The position numbers were made by a program, and so were the translations under genes. DNA of 32,000 nt from Candidatus Saccharimonadota bacterium (GTDB taxonomy: Bacteria; Pseudomonadota; Gammaproteobacteria; Burkholderiales; Burkholderiaceae): positions 150,001 to 182,000 of the forward strand of contig CP002161.1 of NCBI GenBank assembly GCA_000147015.1, in the 5' to 3' direction. A model generated the notes under the pieces. The model saw nothing but the letters and a program-made list of their open reading frames with translations. It searched no databases and was not told the DNA's origin. The number at the start of each line of letters is the position of its first letter. The first letter of the stretch is position 1. Of the stretch, positions 14,953 through 25,042 are shown in pieces.

Positions 14953-15279
14953 ATGATAAATAATAAATATGCTATAATAGAAAATGGAGGAAAACAATAT
15001 AAAATATTTATAAATGATATAATAAAAGTAGATAATATAAATATAAAAATAGGTAAAATAATAATAATAAAAAAAATAATAATGTTAAATTATAATTATA
15101 AAATAATAATAGGAAATCCATATATAAAAAATACATTTATAATAGCAATAATATTAGAACATTTAAAATATAAAAAAAAAAAAATATTTAAAATAAAAAG
15201 GAGAAAACATTATAAAAAAAGTTTAGGTTATAGACAAAAATATACAAAAATAAAAATTTTATCTATTTTTTATAAATAA
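14953..15279 (+). CDS. rplU: 50S ribosomal protein L21
   Basis: N-terminus [14 protein letters not shown] matches the L21 signature. Length 108 aa. Sits immediately upstream of rpmA, the conserved rplU-rpmA-obg order. Confidence 0.9.
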   Translation: MINNKYAIIENGGKQYKIFINDIIKVDNINIKIGKIIIIKKIIMLNYNYKIIIGNPYIKNTFIIAIILEHLKYKKKKIFKIKRRKHYKKSLGYRQKYTKIKILSIFYK

Positions 15280-15280
15280 A

Positions 15281-15526
15281 ATGGCACAAAAAAAAGGAGG
15301 AGGTACAACTAAAAATGGAAGAGATTCAAAATCAAAAAGATTAGGTGTTAAAATACATAATGGACAATTTGTAAAAGCAGGAAATATAATTATAAGACAA
15401 AAAGGAACAAAATTTTTTCCTAAAAAAAATACAAAATTAGGAAAAGATTATACAATATTTTCATTAATTTCAGGTAAAGTACTTTTTATAAAAAGAAAAA
15501 AATATACTTATATATCAGTAATATAA
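15281..15526 (+). CDS. rpmA: 50S ribosomal protein L27
   Basis: [24 protein letters not shown]...[10 protein letters not shown] is canonical L27. Length 81 aa. Confidence 0.96.
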   Translation: MAQKKGGGTTKNGRDSKSKRLGVKIHNGQFVKAGNIIIRQKGTKFFPKKNTKLGKDYTIFSLISGKVLFIKRKKYTYISVI

Positions 15527-15532
15527 AATTTC

Positions 15533-16534
15533 ATGAAATTTATAGATGAAACAAAAATATTATTAGAAGGAGGTAAAGGTGGTAATGGTTTAATAAGTTT
15601 TAATTTTATTAAAAATAAATCTAATTTAATACCAAATGGTGGTAATGGTGGTAATGGAGGGAATATTTGAATAAAATGTAATAAAAAAATAAACACATTA
15701 ATAAATTTTAAATATAAAAAAAATTTTAAAGCACAAAATGGTAAAAATGGTAAAAATTTTAATAAAAAAGGTAAAAATGGTAAAAATTTATTTCTAGAAG
15801 TTCCTATTGGAACAAAAATAAAAGATATTAAAAATAATATCTGATATAAAGAATTAAAAAAAAATAATGATAAATTATTAATTGTAAAAGGTGGTTTAGG
15901 TGGTTTAGGAAATAAAAATTTTAAAAAGAAAAATATAACATATAGTGATATTTATAAAGGTAAAATTGGAGAAAAAAAATATATATATATAAAAATAATT
16001 ATATTTTCTGAAATAGGACTTTTAGGATTACCAAATAGTGGTAAATCTACTTTCTTATCTAAAAATTCTAATTCAAAAACAAAAATAGATAATTATAATT
16101 TTACAACCTTGTATCCTGAATTAGGTATTACATTTTTAACAAAAAAAAAAAAATTTAGTATTACAGATATACCTGGTATAATAAAAAATTCATATAAAAA
16201 TAAAGGTTTAGGTATTAAATTTCTAAAACATTTAAAAAAAACAAAATTAATATTATATATAATAGATATAACAAATTTTTTTATATATAAAAATAATATA
16301 AAATATATATTAAAAATATTATTTAATTTAAAAAAATATAAAATGAAATTATTTAATAAACCTAAATGAATAATAATTAATAAAATAGATAAAATTTCAA
16401 ATATAAAAATTATAAAAATAATTTCATTAATTTTATTAAAATTAAAAATTAATTTACCTATTTATAAGATTTCAAGTATAAAAAAAAAAAATAACAATAA
16501 ATTAATATATGACATATATAATTTTTTAAATTAA
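15533..16534 (+). CDS. obg: GTPase Obg/CgtA
   Basis: ATG at 15533. Gly-rich Obg fold (MKFIDE...GGKGGNG, NGGNGGNGGNIW with TGA = W, GGLGGLGN), then G domain GLPNSGKST, DIPGI and NKID. Same frame as track ORF 16109-16369 and on to TAA at 16532-16534. Length 333 aa. Confidence 0.92.
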
Positions 16535-16542
16535 ATATTTTT

Positions 16543-18204
16543 ATGTTAGCAAAAAAATTTTTTATTTTTACATTAAAAAAAATTTTATCAAATATAAATA
16601 ATAAAACATTAAAAATTATAAATAAAATTGGTATGATAAAAAAAATATCTTCAGGAATATATACTTATATGCCAATTTTATTATTAATATTAAAAAAAAT
16701 AAAATCAATTATAAATTATGAAATGAAAAAAAATAATATAACAGAAATTTTAATGCCTATAATACAACCTTCAAATATATGGAAAAAAACAAAAAGATGA
16801 TATAAAATGAAAAATGAATTATTAAAATTTAAAAATAGAAAAAAAAAATATTTCGTAATGCAACCTACTTCGGAGGAATTAATAACTTATATAATAAAAA
16901 AAGAATTATTAAATTATAAACAATTACCCCTAATATTTTATAATATACAAAATAAATTTAGAGATGAATTAAGATGTAAATCTGGATTAATAAGATTAAA
17001 AGAATTTATAATGAAAGATGCATATTCATTTGATATTAGTTTTAAAAATTCAATTAAAAATTATAAATTAATGTTAAATATTTATAAAAATATTTTTAAT
17101 AAAATAAATTTAAAATTTAAAATTTTAAAAACTAATAATAAAAATATGGAATGAATAATATCTCATGAATTTCATATTATTACAAAAAATAGTAATAATT
17201 ATTTTTTGTGTTCTAATTTAAATTCTTATAATATAAATTTATATAATACATTGTTAAAATTTTTAAATTTTAAAAAAATAAAAAAAAAAAAAAAAATTAA
17301 AAAATATATAATAAATTACAAAATATTAATATTAAAAAATAAATATTTAAAAAAGAAAGAAATTTGAATTTTATTAATAAATAAAAAAAATAAAATAAAT
17401 AAAAAAAAAATAAAAAATATATTAAATAATAAATTTAAAATATTAAAAAAAAAAATTATAAATAAAATAAAAAAAAAAAAAATAGATATTTTTTTTTTAA
17501 GAAATAAAAGAATTAAAAAAAATATTTTAATAGATAATTCATTATATAATAATAAATATTTTATTTTTATTTATAAAAATAAAAATAAATTAATTATAAA
17601 AAATAATATTTTTAAAAATAAAATAAAATTAAATATTATACATAATATAAATAAAAAAAAAAATAAAATTGATTTAAATAATTTTAATATATTAAAAATT
17701 AAAAAATCAATAGAAATAGCACATATATTTTTATTAGGAAAATTTTATTCTAGATTAATAAATTCAAAATACATAAATTATAATAATAAAAAAAAATTTT
17801 TTTTTATGGGTAGTTATGGTATAGGAATAAGTAGATTATTACAAATAATTATAGAAAAAAATATAGATAAAATTGGAATTAAATGGCCAAATAATTTAAT
17901 TCCATTTAATTTAGTTATATGTTTTATTAAAAATAATAATTATATAAAAAAAATTTCATATTTTATATATTATAAATTATTATTATTGAATATAAATTTA
18001 ATTATAGATAACAGAAATATTAATATTGGATATATGTTAAATGATTGAGAATTAATAGGAATTCCTAATTATATAATAGTAGGAAATTTTATTAAAAAAA
18101 ATATAATAAGTTATAAAGTTAGAAAAAAAAAAAATATATATAAAAATATTAATATAAATAAAATTTTTAAATTTATATTTAATAAAATAAATATTTATAA
18201 ATAA
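16543..18204 (+). CDS. proS: prolyl-tRNA synthetase
   Basis: Track ORFs 16543-16800, 16807-17154 and 17806-18048 and the gaps between them form one frame joined by TGA, ending at TAA 18202-18204. Length 553 aa. Motifs: QPS.IWKKT.RW, PTSEE, FRDE.R...GL.R..EF.MKDAYSF, SHEF, IEIAHIF.LG, MGSYGIGISRL. Confidence 0.9.
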
Positions 18205-18244
18205 AAAAATATAAAAATAAAATTTATTATTAAAGATAAATAAA

Positions 18245-18574
18245 TTATTTTCTATTTTTTTTTTCTTTTATACCAGAAATGTTTTTTCTTTTTTTTAATT
18301 CATTTAATATATCTTTAAAACTTATATTAAATTTAGATAAAAGTATTAAAATATGAAATATTAAATCTGCACATTCATATATTATAAATTTTTTTTTTTT
18401 TTTTTTTTTATAATCCTTTGATTCTAAAATTAATTCTAATACTTCTTCAGAAATTTTTCTTAAGATATAATTATTTTTTCTATAAAGTACACTAGCTATA
18501 TAAGATTTTTTAAAATTCATTTTTTTTTTTCTTATTTTTATTATTTTTTCTAATTTTTTTATAATATTAAACAT
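18245..18574 (-). CDS. hisE: phosphoribosyl-ATP pyrophosphatase
   Basis: 109-aa ORF at the distal end of the his cluster. HisE-like pattern: L...I..R........SY...L...G...I..K..EE..E......E.ADL.FH.L. Contains a seven-Lys run encoded by 21 consecutive T on the plus strand. Confidence 0.85.
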   Translation of the reverse strand: MFNIIKKLEKIIKIRKKKMNFKKSYIASVLYRKNNYILRKISEEVLELILESKDYKKKKKKKFIIYECADLIFHILILLSKFNISFKDILNELKKRKNISGIKEKKNRK

Positions 18575-18579
18575 ATTAT

Positions 18580-18909
18580 TTATAATATTTTATTATAAAA
18601 ACAAGTTTTTTTTCCTGTATGACAAGAATAATTTAAAATTTGTTTTACTATTAATAATAAACAATCTTTATCACAATCCAAATAAATATTATAAACTTTT
18701 TGTATACATCCTGAATTTTTTCCTTTATATCATATTTCTTTTCTTTTTCTACTTCAATAAAAAGCTTCTTTATTTTTTATTGTCTTTTCTAGTGATTTTT
18801 TATTCATTCAAGCTAGCATTAATATTTTTTTTGTAAAAATATCTTGAGTAATTACAGGTATTAAACCTTTATTATTTCATTTAATTTTTTTTATTATTTT
18901 AATTTTCAT
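18580..18909 (-). CDS. hisI: phosphoribosyl-AMP cyclohydrolase
   Basis: Not in the track because it holds several in-frame TGA. Hand translation gives [23 protein letters not shown]...ILMLAWMN...FYWSRKRKEIWYKGKNSG...YLDCDKDCLLL.V......CHTGKKTCFY, ending at TAA 18580-18582. Length 109 aa. The ATG at 18907-18909 shares one nucleotide (18909) with the hisF stop codon (18909-18911). Confidence 0.9.
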
Positions 18910-19667
18910 TATAATCTTATAAAAATTTTATTTTTATATAAAAATTCTTTAACTTTTTTAATATTTAATTTATTATAATGAAAAACACTAGCTGCTAAAA
19001 CAGCATCAGCTTTGCCATATTTTAAAACCTCAAAAAAACTATTTAAATTTCCAGCACCTCCGGAAGCTATTACTGGTATATTAATTGAATTAGAAATTTT
19101 TTTTATTAATTTAATATCAAAACCATTACAAGTTCCATCTTTATCCATACTTGTAATTAATATTTCTCCTGCACCTAAAAAAGATACTTTTTTAACTCAT
19201 TCTATAATATTTAAATTTGTTAAATTTCTACCTCCATGTGTAAAAATTCTTCAATTTTTATTTTTATCTTTTTTAACATCAATTGCAACTACTAAACATT
19301 GAGAACCATAAATATTTTTAATTTCTCTTATTAAAAAAGGATTTAAAATTGCTGAAGTATTTATACAAACTTTATCAGCACCTGAATTTAAAATATTTTT
19401 TACATCAAAAATATTCTTAATACCTCCACCAACAGTTAAAGGAATAAATATTTTAGAAGAAATTTTTCTAATAATATCTAAAATTATTTTTTTTCCTTTA
19501 TATGAAGCATTAATATCTAAAAATGTAATTTCATCTGCACCTTCTTTATAATATTTTTCAGCAATTAAAATAGGATCACCCGCATCTTTTAAATTTAAAA
19601 AATTTGTTCCTTTAACTACTCTGCCTTTTTTAATATCTAAACAAGGTATAATTCTTTTAGTTAACAT
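18909..19667 (-). CDS. hisF: imidazole glycerol phosphate synthase, cyclase subunit
   Basis: Track ORFs 19251-19667 and 18909-19148 share one frame joined by TGA codons. Motifs: [58 protein letters not shown]. Length 252 aa. Confidence 0.95.
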
Positions 19668-20427
19668 ATTTAAAATATTTATTTATATATTTTTGGGAAA
19701 TATTAAAATTTAAAATATTATTATAAATTGATCTTCCACATATTACACCAATAATTCCATATTTTTTAATTTTACACAATTTTTTAATATCATTTAAATT
19801 ATATAATCCTCCAGAGGCAATAATTTTTATTTTAGTTTTTTTTGCTAAATTAATAGTATTTTCAATATTTATACCATTTAATATTCCATCTCTTTCTATA
19901 TCTGTATATATTATTTTTTTAAAACCTAAGTTAGAAATTTTATTTGCTAAATTAAATAAATTATTATTAGATATATTTTTTCAACCATTTGTAACTATTT
20001 TATTTTTATAAGAATCTAAACTAATAATAATTTTATTTTTAAAATTCTTAATACTTTTAATAAAATTAAAATTTTTAATTATACTAGTGCCTAAAATAAC
20101 ATTAGAAATGCCATATTTAAAATAGTATTTTATAATTTCTAAATTTCTTATACCTCCTCCTAATTGTATTGGAATTTTTTTTATATTATTTTTTTTACAA
20201 TATTTATTTCTTTCTTTTATCATATTTTTTATTATATTTTTATTTATAGGAATACCTTTTATAGCTCCATCTAAATCTACTATATGTATTATTTTAGCTT
20301 TATTTTTTAATCAATATTTTATAACATTTACAGGATTATTATGATATATAGTAATATTATTTATATTTCCTTTTTTTAATCTTACACATTTTCCATTTTT
20401 TATATCTATAGCAGGTATTAAAATCAT
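19657..20427 (-). CDS. hisA: ProFAR isomerase (1-(5-phosphoribosyl)-5-[(5-phosphoribosylamino)methylideneamino]imidazole-4-carboxamide isomerase)
   Basis: ATG at 20425-20427. [47 protein letters not shown]. Same frame as track ORF 19981-20223, joined by TGA. TAA at 19657-19659 lies 11 nt inside hisF. Length 256 aa. Confidence 0.92.
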
Positions 20428-21045
20428 TTATGGATTTCAATTAATAAAATTTTCAAAAATTTTTAAACCTTGTAAAGAACTTTTTTCAGGATGAAATTGT
20501 GTAGCAAAAATATTATCTTTAGAAATAATACTTATAAAATTATTTTTTTTATATTTTGTAATAGCATTAATATTTTTAAATAATTTACTTTTAATATAAT
20601 AACTATGTACAAAATAAAAAAAAGAAAAATTATTTATATTTTTTAATATAAAATGATTATTAATTTTAAATATTTTATTTCAACCAATTTGAGGAACTTT
20701 TTTTATATTATAAGAAAATCTTATATTTTTTCCTTTTAAAATATTCAATCCTTTATTAGGTCCTTCTTCACTTCATTTAAATAATATTTGCATACCAATA
20801 CATATACCTAATACAGGTTTTTTTTTTATTATATAAATAATTTCTTTATATAAATCTTTATTTTCTAATAAACTAATGCATTTTTTAATATTACCCTGAC
20901 CTGGTAAAATAATTCTATTGCAATTTTTTATTTTTTTAATATTATTAGTAATTTCAACATCAACTTTATTAGAAGTATATAAAATTGCCTTCTTTATTGA
21001 ATAAAGATTACCTACTCCATAATCTAAAATTACTATTTTTTTCAA
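20428..21045 (-). CDS. hisH: imidazole glycerol phosphate synthase, glutamine amidotransferase subunit
   Basis: Track ORF 20773-21045 continues through TGA codons. Motifs: ILDYGVGNL, LPGQG, GICIGMQ (nucleophile Cys), VPQIGWN, FVHSY, TQFHPEKS. TAA at 20428-20430 is immediately followed by the hisA ATG. Length 205 aa. Confidence 0.93.
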
Positions 21046-21054
21046 ATTTTTATC

Positions 21055-21648
21055 TTATAAAATACCTTTTGTTGAAGGTATATAATTTTTATTTATTTTT
21101 ATTGCTTTTTTTATTGAAATACCAAAAGACTTAAATATACTTTCACATTGATGATGAGAATTTTTACCATATAAATTTTTAATATGTATATTCATTTTAG
21201 AATTATTTACAAAAGCAATAAAAAATTCTTTTATTAAATTTAAATTAAAATTGTTTATATTTTTTTCATTATATTTTACATCATAAATTAAAAAAGATCT
21301 TCCTGATATATCTACTATTACTCTACTTAAAGAATCATCTAATGGAACATAAGATAAACCATATCTATTTATTCCCTTTTTATATTTTAATAATTTATTA
21401 AAAATTTTTCCTAAACATATACCTATATCTTCTACTAAATGATGATCATCAATAAAATTATCACCAACTGCTTCTATTATAATATTAATTGAACTAAAAA
21501 AAGAAAATTGTTTTAACATATGATTCAAAAAATTTATTTTTGTTTTTATAATAGAATTTTTAAAGTTTTTAAAATTTAATTTTATTCTTACTTTTGTTTC
21601 TTTAGTTATTCTTAATATTATAAATTCTTTATTTAAATTATTAAACAT
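21055..21648 (-). CDS. hisB: imidazoleglycerol-phosphate dehydratase (monofunctional)
   Basis: Intact 197-aa ORF. Motifs: R.TKET...I.L, DDHHLVEDIGI, D.SL.RVV.DISGR, HHQCESIFKSFG. There is no N-terminal histidinol-phosphatase domain. Confidence 0.93.
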   Translation of the reverse strand: MFNNLNKEFIILRITKETKVRIKLNFKNFKNSIIKTKINFLNHMLKQFSFFSSINIIIEAVGDNFIDDHHLVEDIGICLGKIFNKLLKYKKGINRYGLSYVPLDDSLSRVIVDISGRSFLIYDVKYNEKNINNFNLNLIKEFFIAFVNNSKMNIHIKNLYGKNSHHQCESIFKSFGISIKKAIKINKNYIPSTKGIL

Positions 21649-22960
21649 TATAATTTCTATATTTTAATGACAAAGCATGACATTGTAAACCTTCTTTAAA
21701 AGCAGATTTATATGTATATTTAAATAATTTTTTAAAACCTTTTTTACTAAAATCTATAATACTAGAAAATTTTAAAAAATCATAAATACCTAAACAAGAA
21801 GAAAATTTAGAATTACCAGAAGTTGGTAAAACATGACTTGGTCCAGCGCAATAATCACCTAAAACTTCAGGTGAAAATTTTCCCAAAAATATAGCACCAG
21901 AATTATATATATTATTTAATAATTTATTAGAATTTTTTAAACAAATTTCTAAATGTTCAGGAGATATTATATTTATTATTTTACATGCTTCTTTTAAATT
22001 ATTAACTTTTATTATTAAAGAATTTTTAATTAAAGAATTTATTATTATTTTTTTTCTTAACATAAATTTTATTTTTTTTTTTATTTTTTTTATAATATTT
22101 TTAATATATTTTTTATTTAAAGAAATTAAAAAACATTTTGATAATTTATCATGTTCAGCTTGAGAAAACAAATCCATAACAATATAATCTGTTTTTATAT
22201 ATTTATCACATAATATTAAAATTTCTGAAGGTCCTGCAATCATATCAATACCAACTTCACCAAAAACTTTTTTTTTTGCATAATTTACATAAAAATTTCC
22301 AGGTCCTACAATTTTATCTACTTTTTTAATAATTTTAGTTCCATATGTTAAAGAAGCAATAGCTTGAGCACCACCTATAGTAAATACATTATTTACACCA
22401 CAAATTCCTGCAGTTGCTAAAATAATATTATTTTTTATACCATATGGTATAGGTGTAGTTATAGTAATATTTTTTACACCAGCAATTTTTGCTGGTATAA
22501 CATTCATTAAAATAGAAGAAAAATATTTTGCAGTTCCTCCTGGAATATAAACTCCTATTTTTTTTATACAATTTACTTTTTGTCCTAAAATATCCCCTCT
22601 CTTATTTGAAATAAAATAATTTTTATATAAATATTTTTTTTTTTGTAATTTATAATATTTTTTTATTCTTTTATAAAAGTATAATATTATTTTTTTTATT
22701 TTTTTTGGTATTAAATTAATATATTTTTTTAATTTTTTTTTTTTAATTTTTATTTTATTTATTGAGTTATAATTTAAATAATCAAATTTATTTGTATAAT
22801 ATAATAAAGATTTATCACCATTAATTTTTATTTCTTTAATTATTTTATTAACTTTTTTTTTTTCTTTTTTATTATTATTTTTATAATTATTAATATTTAA
22901 ATATAAATTTTTATAAAAATTTTTTTTTTTTATATTTAATGTTTTTATATAAAAATTCAT
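21641..22960 (-). CDS. hisD: histidinol dehydrogenase
   Basis: Intact 439-aa ORF. Motifs: YIPGGTA.Y.SS.LM...PA..AGV, GGAQAIA...YGT, VDKIVGPGN.YV, GPSE, SQAEHD, SPEHLE, GDY..GPSHVLPT. Overlaps the hisB start by 8 nt. Confidence 0.95.
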   Translation of the reverse strand: MNFYIKTLNIKKKNFYKNLYLNINNYKNNNKKEKKKVNKIIKEIKINGDKSLLYYTNKFDYLNYNSINKIKIKKKKLKKYINLIPKKIKKIILYFYKRIKKYYKLQKKKYLYKNYFISNKRGDILGQKVNCIKKIGVYIPGGTAKYFSSILMNVIPAKIAGVKNITITTPIPYGIKNNIILATAGICGVNNVFTIGGAQAIASLTYGTKIIKKVDKIVGPGNFYVNYAKKKVFGEVGIDMIAGPSEILILCDKYIKTDYIVMDLFSQAEHDKLSKCFLISLNKKYIKNIIKKIKKKIKFMLRKKIIINSLIKNSLIIKVNNLKEACKIINIISPEHLEICLKNSNKLLNNIYNSGAIFLGKFSPEVLGDYCAGPSHVLPTSGNSKFSSCLGIYDFLKFSSIIDFSKKGFKKLFKYTYKSAFKEGLQCHALSLKYRNYNV

Positions 22961-22970
22961 AAAAAGAATT

Positions 22971-23603
22971 TTATATTTTTAATTTAAGAATTTTATTTAT
23001 TATATTTTTTTTAAATTTATATGATATTTTATTAACTATTAATTTAGAAGATATTTTAATAATTTTATCTATTTCTAATAAATTATTAATTTTAATAGTT
23101 TTTTTACTACCTATTATATCTATTATTGCATCTGAAATTTTTAATAAAAGACATAATTCTATACAACCATAAAATTTTATTATTTTAATATTAATATTTT
23201 TTTTAAAAAAATATTTTTTTGTAATATTAATATATTTTGTAGCTATATATAATATTTTTTTATTTTTTATATTATCAAAATATTTATTTTTATTTTTTAC
23301 TATTAAAGATAATCTACATTTTGATATATTTAAATTTTTAAAAAAATAATTTTTTTTTTTCATTTTTTTTTCTTTTAAAATATCTTTACCTAAAATACCT
23401 ATATCAATAAAACCATATTTTATATAAATAGGTATATCTACACTTCTCATTATTATAATTTTAATATTTTTATTATTTGTAGATAAAATTAATTTTCTAG
23501 TTTTTTTAATATTTTCTTTTATTATTATATTATTTTTTTTAAAAAATAATATTATTTCTTTTAAAATTCTACCTTTTGATAAAGCAATAACTATATTTTT
23601 CAT
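22971..23603 (-). CDS. hisG: ATP phosphoribosyltransferase, short form
   Basis: Intact 210-aa ORF, first gene of the his cluster. Motifs: IALSKGR, D.PIY...G..D.GI.GKD. The length matches short-form HisG, which lacks the C-terminal regulatory domain. Confidence 0.88.
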   Translation of the reverse strand: MKNIVIALSKGRILKEIILFFKKNNIIIKENIKKTRKLILSTNNKNIKIIIMRSVDIPIYIKYGFIDIGILGKDILKEKKMKKKNYFFKNLNISKCRLSLIVKNKNKYFDNIKNKKILYIATKYINITKKYFFKKNINIKIIKFYGCIELCLLLKISDAIIDIIGSKKTIKINNLLEIDKIIKISSKLIVNKISYKFKKNIINKILKLKI

Positions 23604-23662
23604 TTTTATTTTTTAAAATTAAAATAAAAAATTATAAAAATAGTTATAAACAATTATAATAA

Positions 23663-23735
23663 AGTGATATAACTCAGGGGTTAGAGTACAGCATTCATAA
23701 CGCTGATGTCAGTGGTTCAAATCCACTTATCACTA
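23663..23735 (+). tRNA. tRNA with anticodon CAU (elongator Met, or Ile2 if lysidine-modified); no encoded CCA
   Basis: Hand-folded 73-nt cloverleaf. Acceptor 23663-23669 AGTGATA pairs with 23728-23734 TATCACT. D stem ACTC/GAGT with loop AGGGGTTA. Anticodon stem CAGCA/CGCTG has an A31-C39 mismatch. Loop TTCATAA gives anticodon CAT at 23696-23698. Variable loop ATGTC. T arm AGTGG-TTCAAAT-CCACT. This is the most GC-rich patch in an AT-rich spacer. Confidence 0.92.
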
Positions 23736-23742
23736 ATTTAAA

Positions 23743-24162
23743 ATGATATTAGATATAAAAATAAATAATTTTAAAAAATTAAAAATAAAATTATATAAAA
23801 TATATTTTTATATATATAAAGTAATTGAAAAATCTATAAAAATAAATATTATATTTATTAATAAAAGTAAAATAAAAAAAATAAATTTTACTTTTAAAAA
23901 AAAAAAAAATGTTACAAATATATTAACATTTAAAAATATATATAATAAAATTATTATTGATAGTAATATTTATATTTGTTTAAAAATATTAAAAAAAGAA
24001 TGTAAAAATAAAAATATTAAATTAAAAAATTATTTTTTTTATATTATAATGCATGGTATTTTACATTCTTATAATTTTAAACATAATAATTTTAAAAATT
24101 ATAAAGAAATGAAAAAAAAAGAAATATATTTTAAAAATAAAATAAAAACTATTAAAATTTAA
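23743..24162 (+). CDS. ybeY: rRNA maturation endoribonuclease YbeY
   Basis: 139-aa ORF with the metal-binding motif HGILHSYNFKH (H...H.....H) at the expected C-terminal position. The rest is strongly degenerate. Confidence 0.8.
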   Translation: MILDIKINNFKKLKIKLYKIYFYIYKVIEKSIKINIIFINKSKIKKINFTFKKKKNVTNILTFKNIYNKIIIDSNIYICLKILKKECKNKNIKLKNYFFYIIMHGILHSYNFKHNNFKNYKEMKKKEIYFKNKIKTIKI

Positions 24163-24164
24163 AA

Positions 24165-25028
24165 ATGAAAAGTAATATAATTAAAATAATGTATAAATTA
24201 GATATATTTTGAAAAAAATTAAATTGTATTATTTTAAGATCTTATGATATAGAAATGGGTGCTGCCACATCACATATAGAAACTTTTTTTAAATCTATAA
24301 ATAATAATTCTTGAAGAGCTTTATATATACAAAATTGTAGAAGACCAGAAGATAGTAAATATTCACAAAATTTTAATAAATTTCAACAATATTTTCAATA
24401 TCAAGTAATTTTAAAACCAATACCTAAAAATATAATAAATTTATATATTAATTCATTAAAATTTATAAATATAAATTTTAAAATAAATGATATTAAATTT
24501 ATTAAAGATAATTGAAAAAATAAGACATTAGGAGCTTGAGGAATAGGATATGAAATATGATTAAATGGAATAGAAGTAACTCAAATAACATATTTTAAAC
24601 AAATGGGTGGTATTAAATGTAAACCAATATTAATAGAAATTACTTATGGTTTAGAAAGAATATCTTTAATTACTCAAAAAAATAAAAATATTAATAATTT
24701 AATATGAGATAAAAATTACAATAAAAAAATTTTACATAAAAAAATATTTTCACAAAATGAAATAGAACAATCATTTTTGAATATAAATTATTCTAATATA
24801 AATTTTTTAATAAATTTATTTAATTTTTATGAAAAAGAATTTTTTAAATTAATAAAATTAATATTAATATTACCTTGTTATGAAATAATTTTAAAAATGT
24901 CTCATATATTTAATTTATTAAATTCAAAAAATATATTTTTTTTTTTACAAAAAATATATTATATTAAAAAAATAAATAAATTATCTTGTAAATTAGCAAA
25001 AATATATTTTAAATATTTTAATTTTTAA
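24165..25028 (+). CDS. glyQ: glycyl-tRNA synthetase alpha subunit
   Basis: ATG at 24165. The frame is joined by many TGA to track ORF 24777-25028. Motifs: [52 protein letters not shown] (TGA = W at 24537-24539 and again 15 nt on), ITYGLERI. Length 287 aa. Confidence 0.93.
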
Positions 25029-25042
25029 TTAATAATTTAATA

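Noticed and set aside
15508-15696. A minus-strand 62-aa ORF with striking PPLPPLPP repeats.
   Set aside because: It is the reverse complement of the Gly-rich GGNGGNGG repeats at the Obg N-terminus. The plus-strand frame carries the conserved Obg sequence, so this is an antisense artefact.
23663-23735. Initiator tRNA-fMet identity for the CAU tRNA.
   Set aside because: Positions 1 and 72 form an A-U pair rather than the C-A mismatch, and the anticodon stem lacks the three consecutive G-C pairs typical of bacterial initiators. I left it as elongator Met or Ile2, which sequence alone cannot separate.
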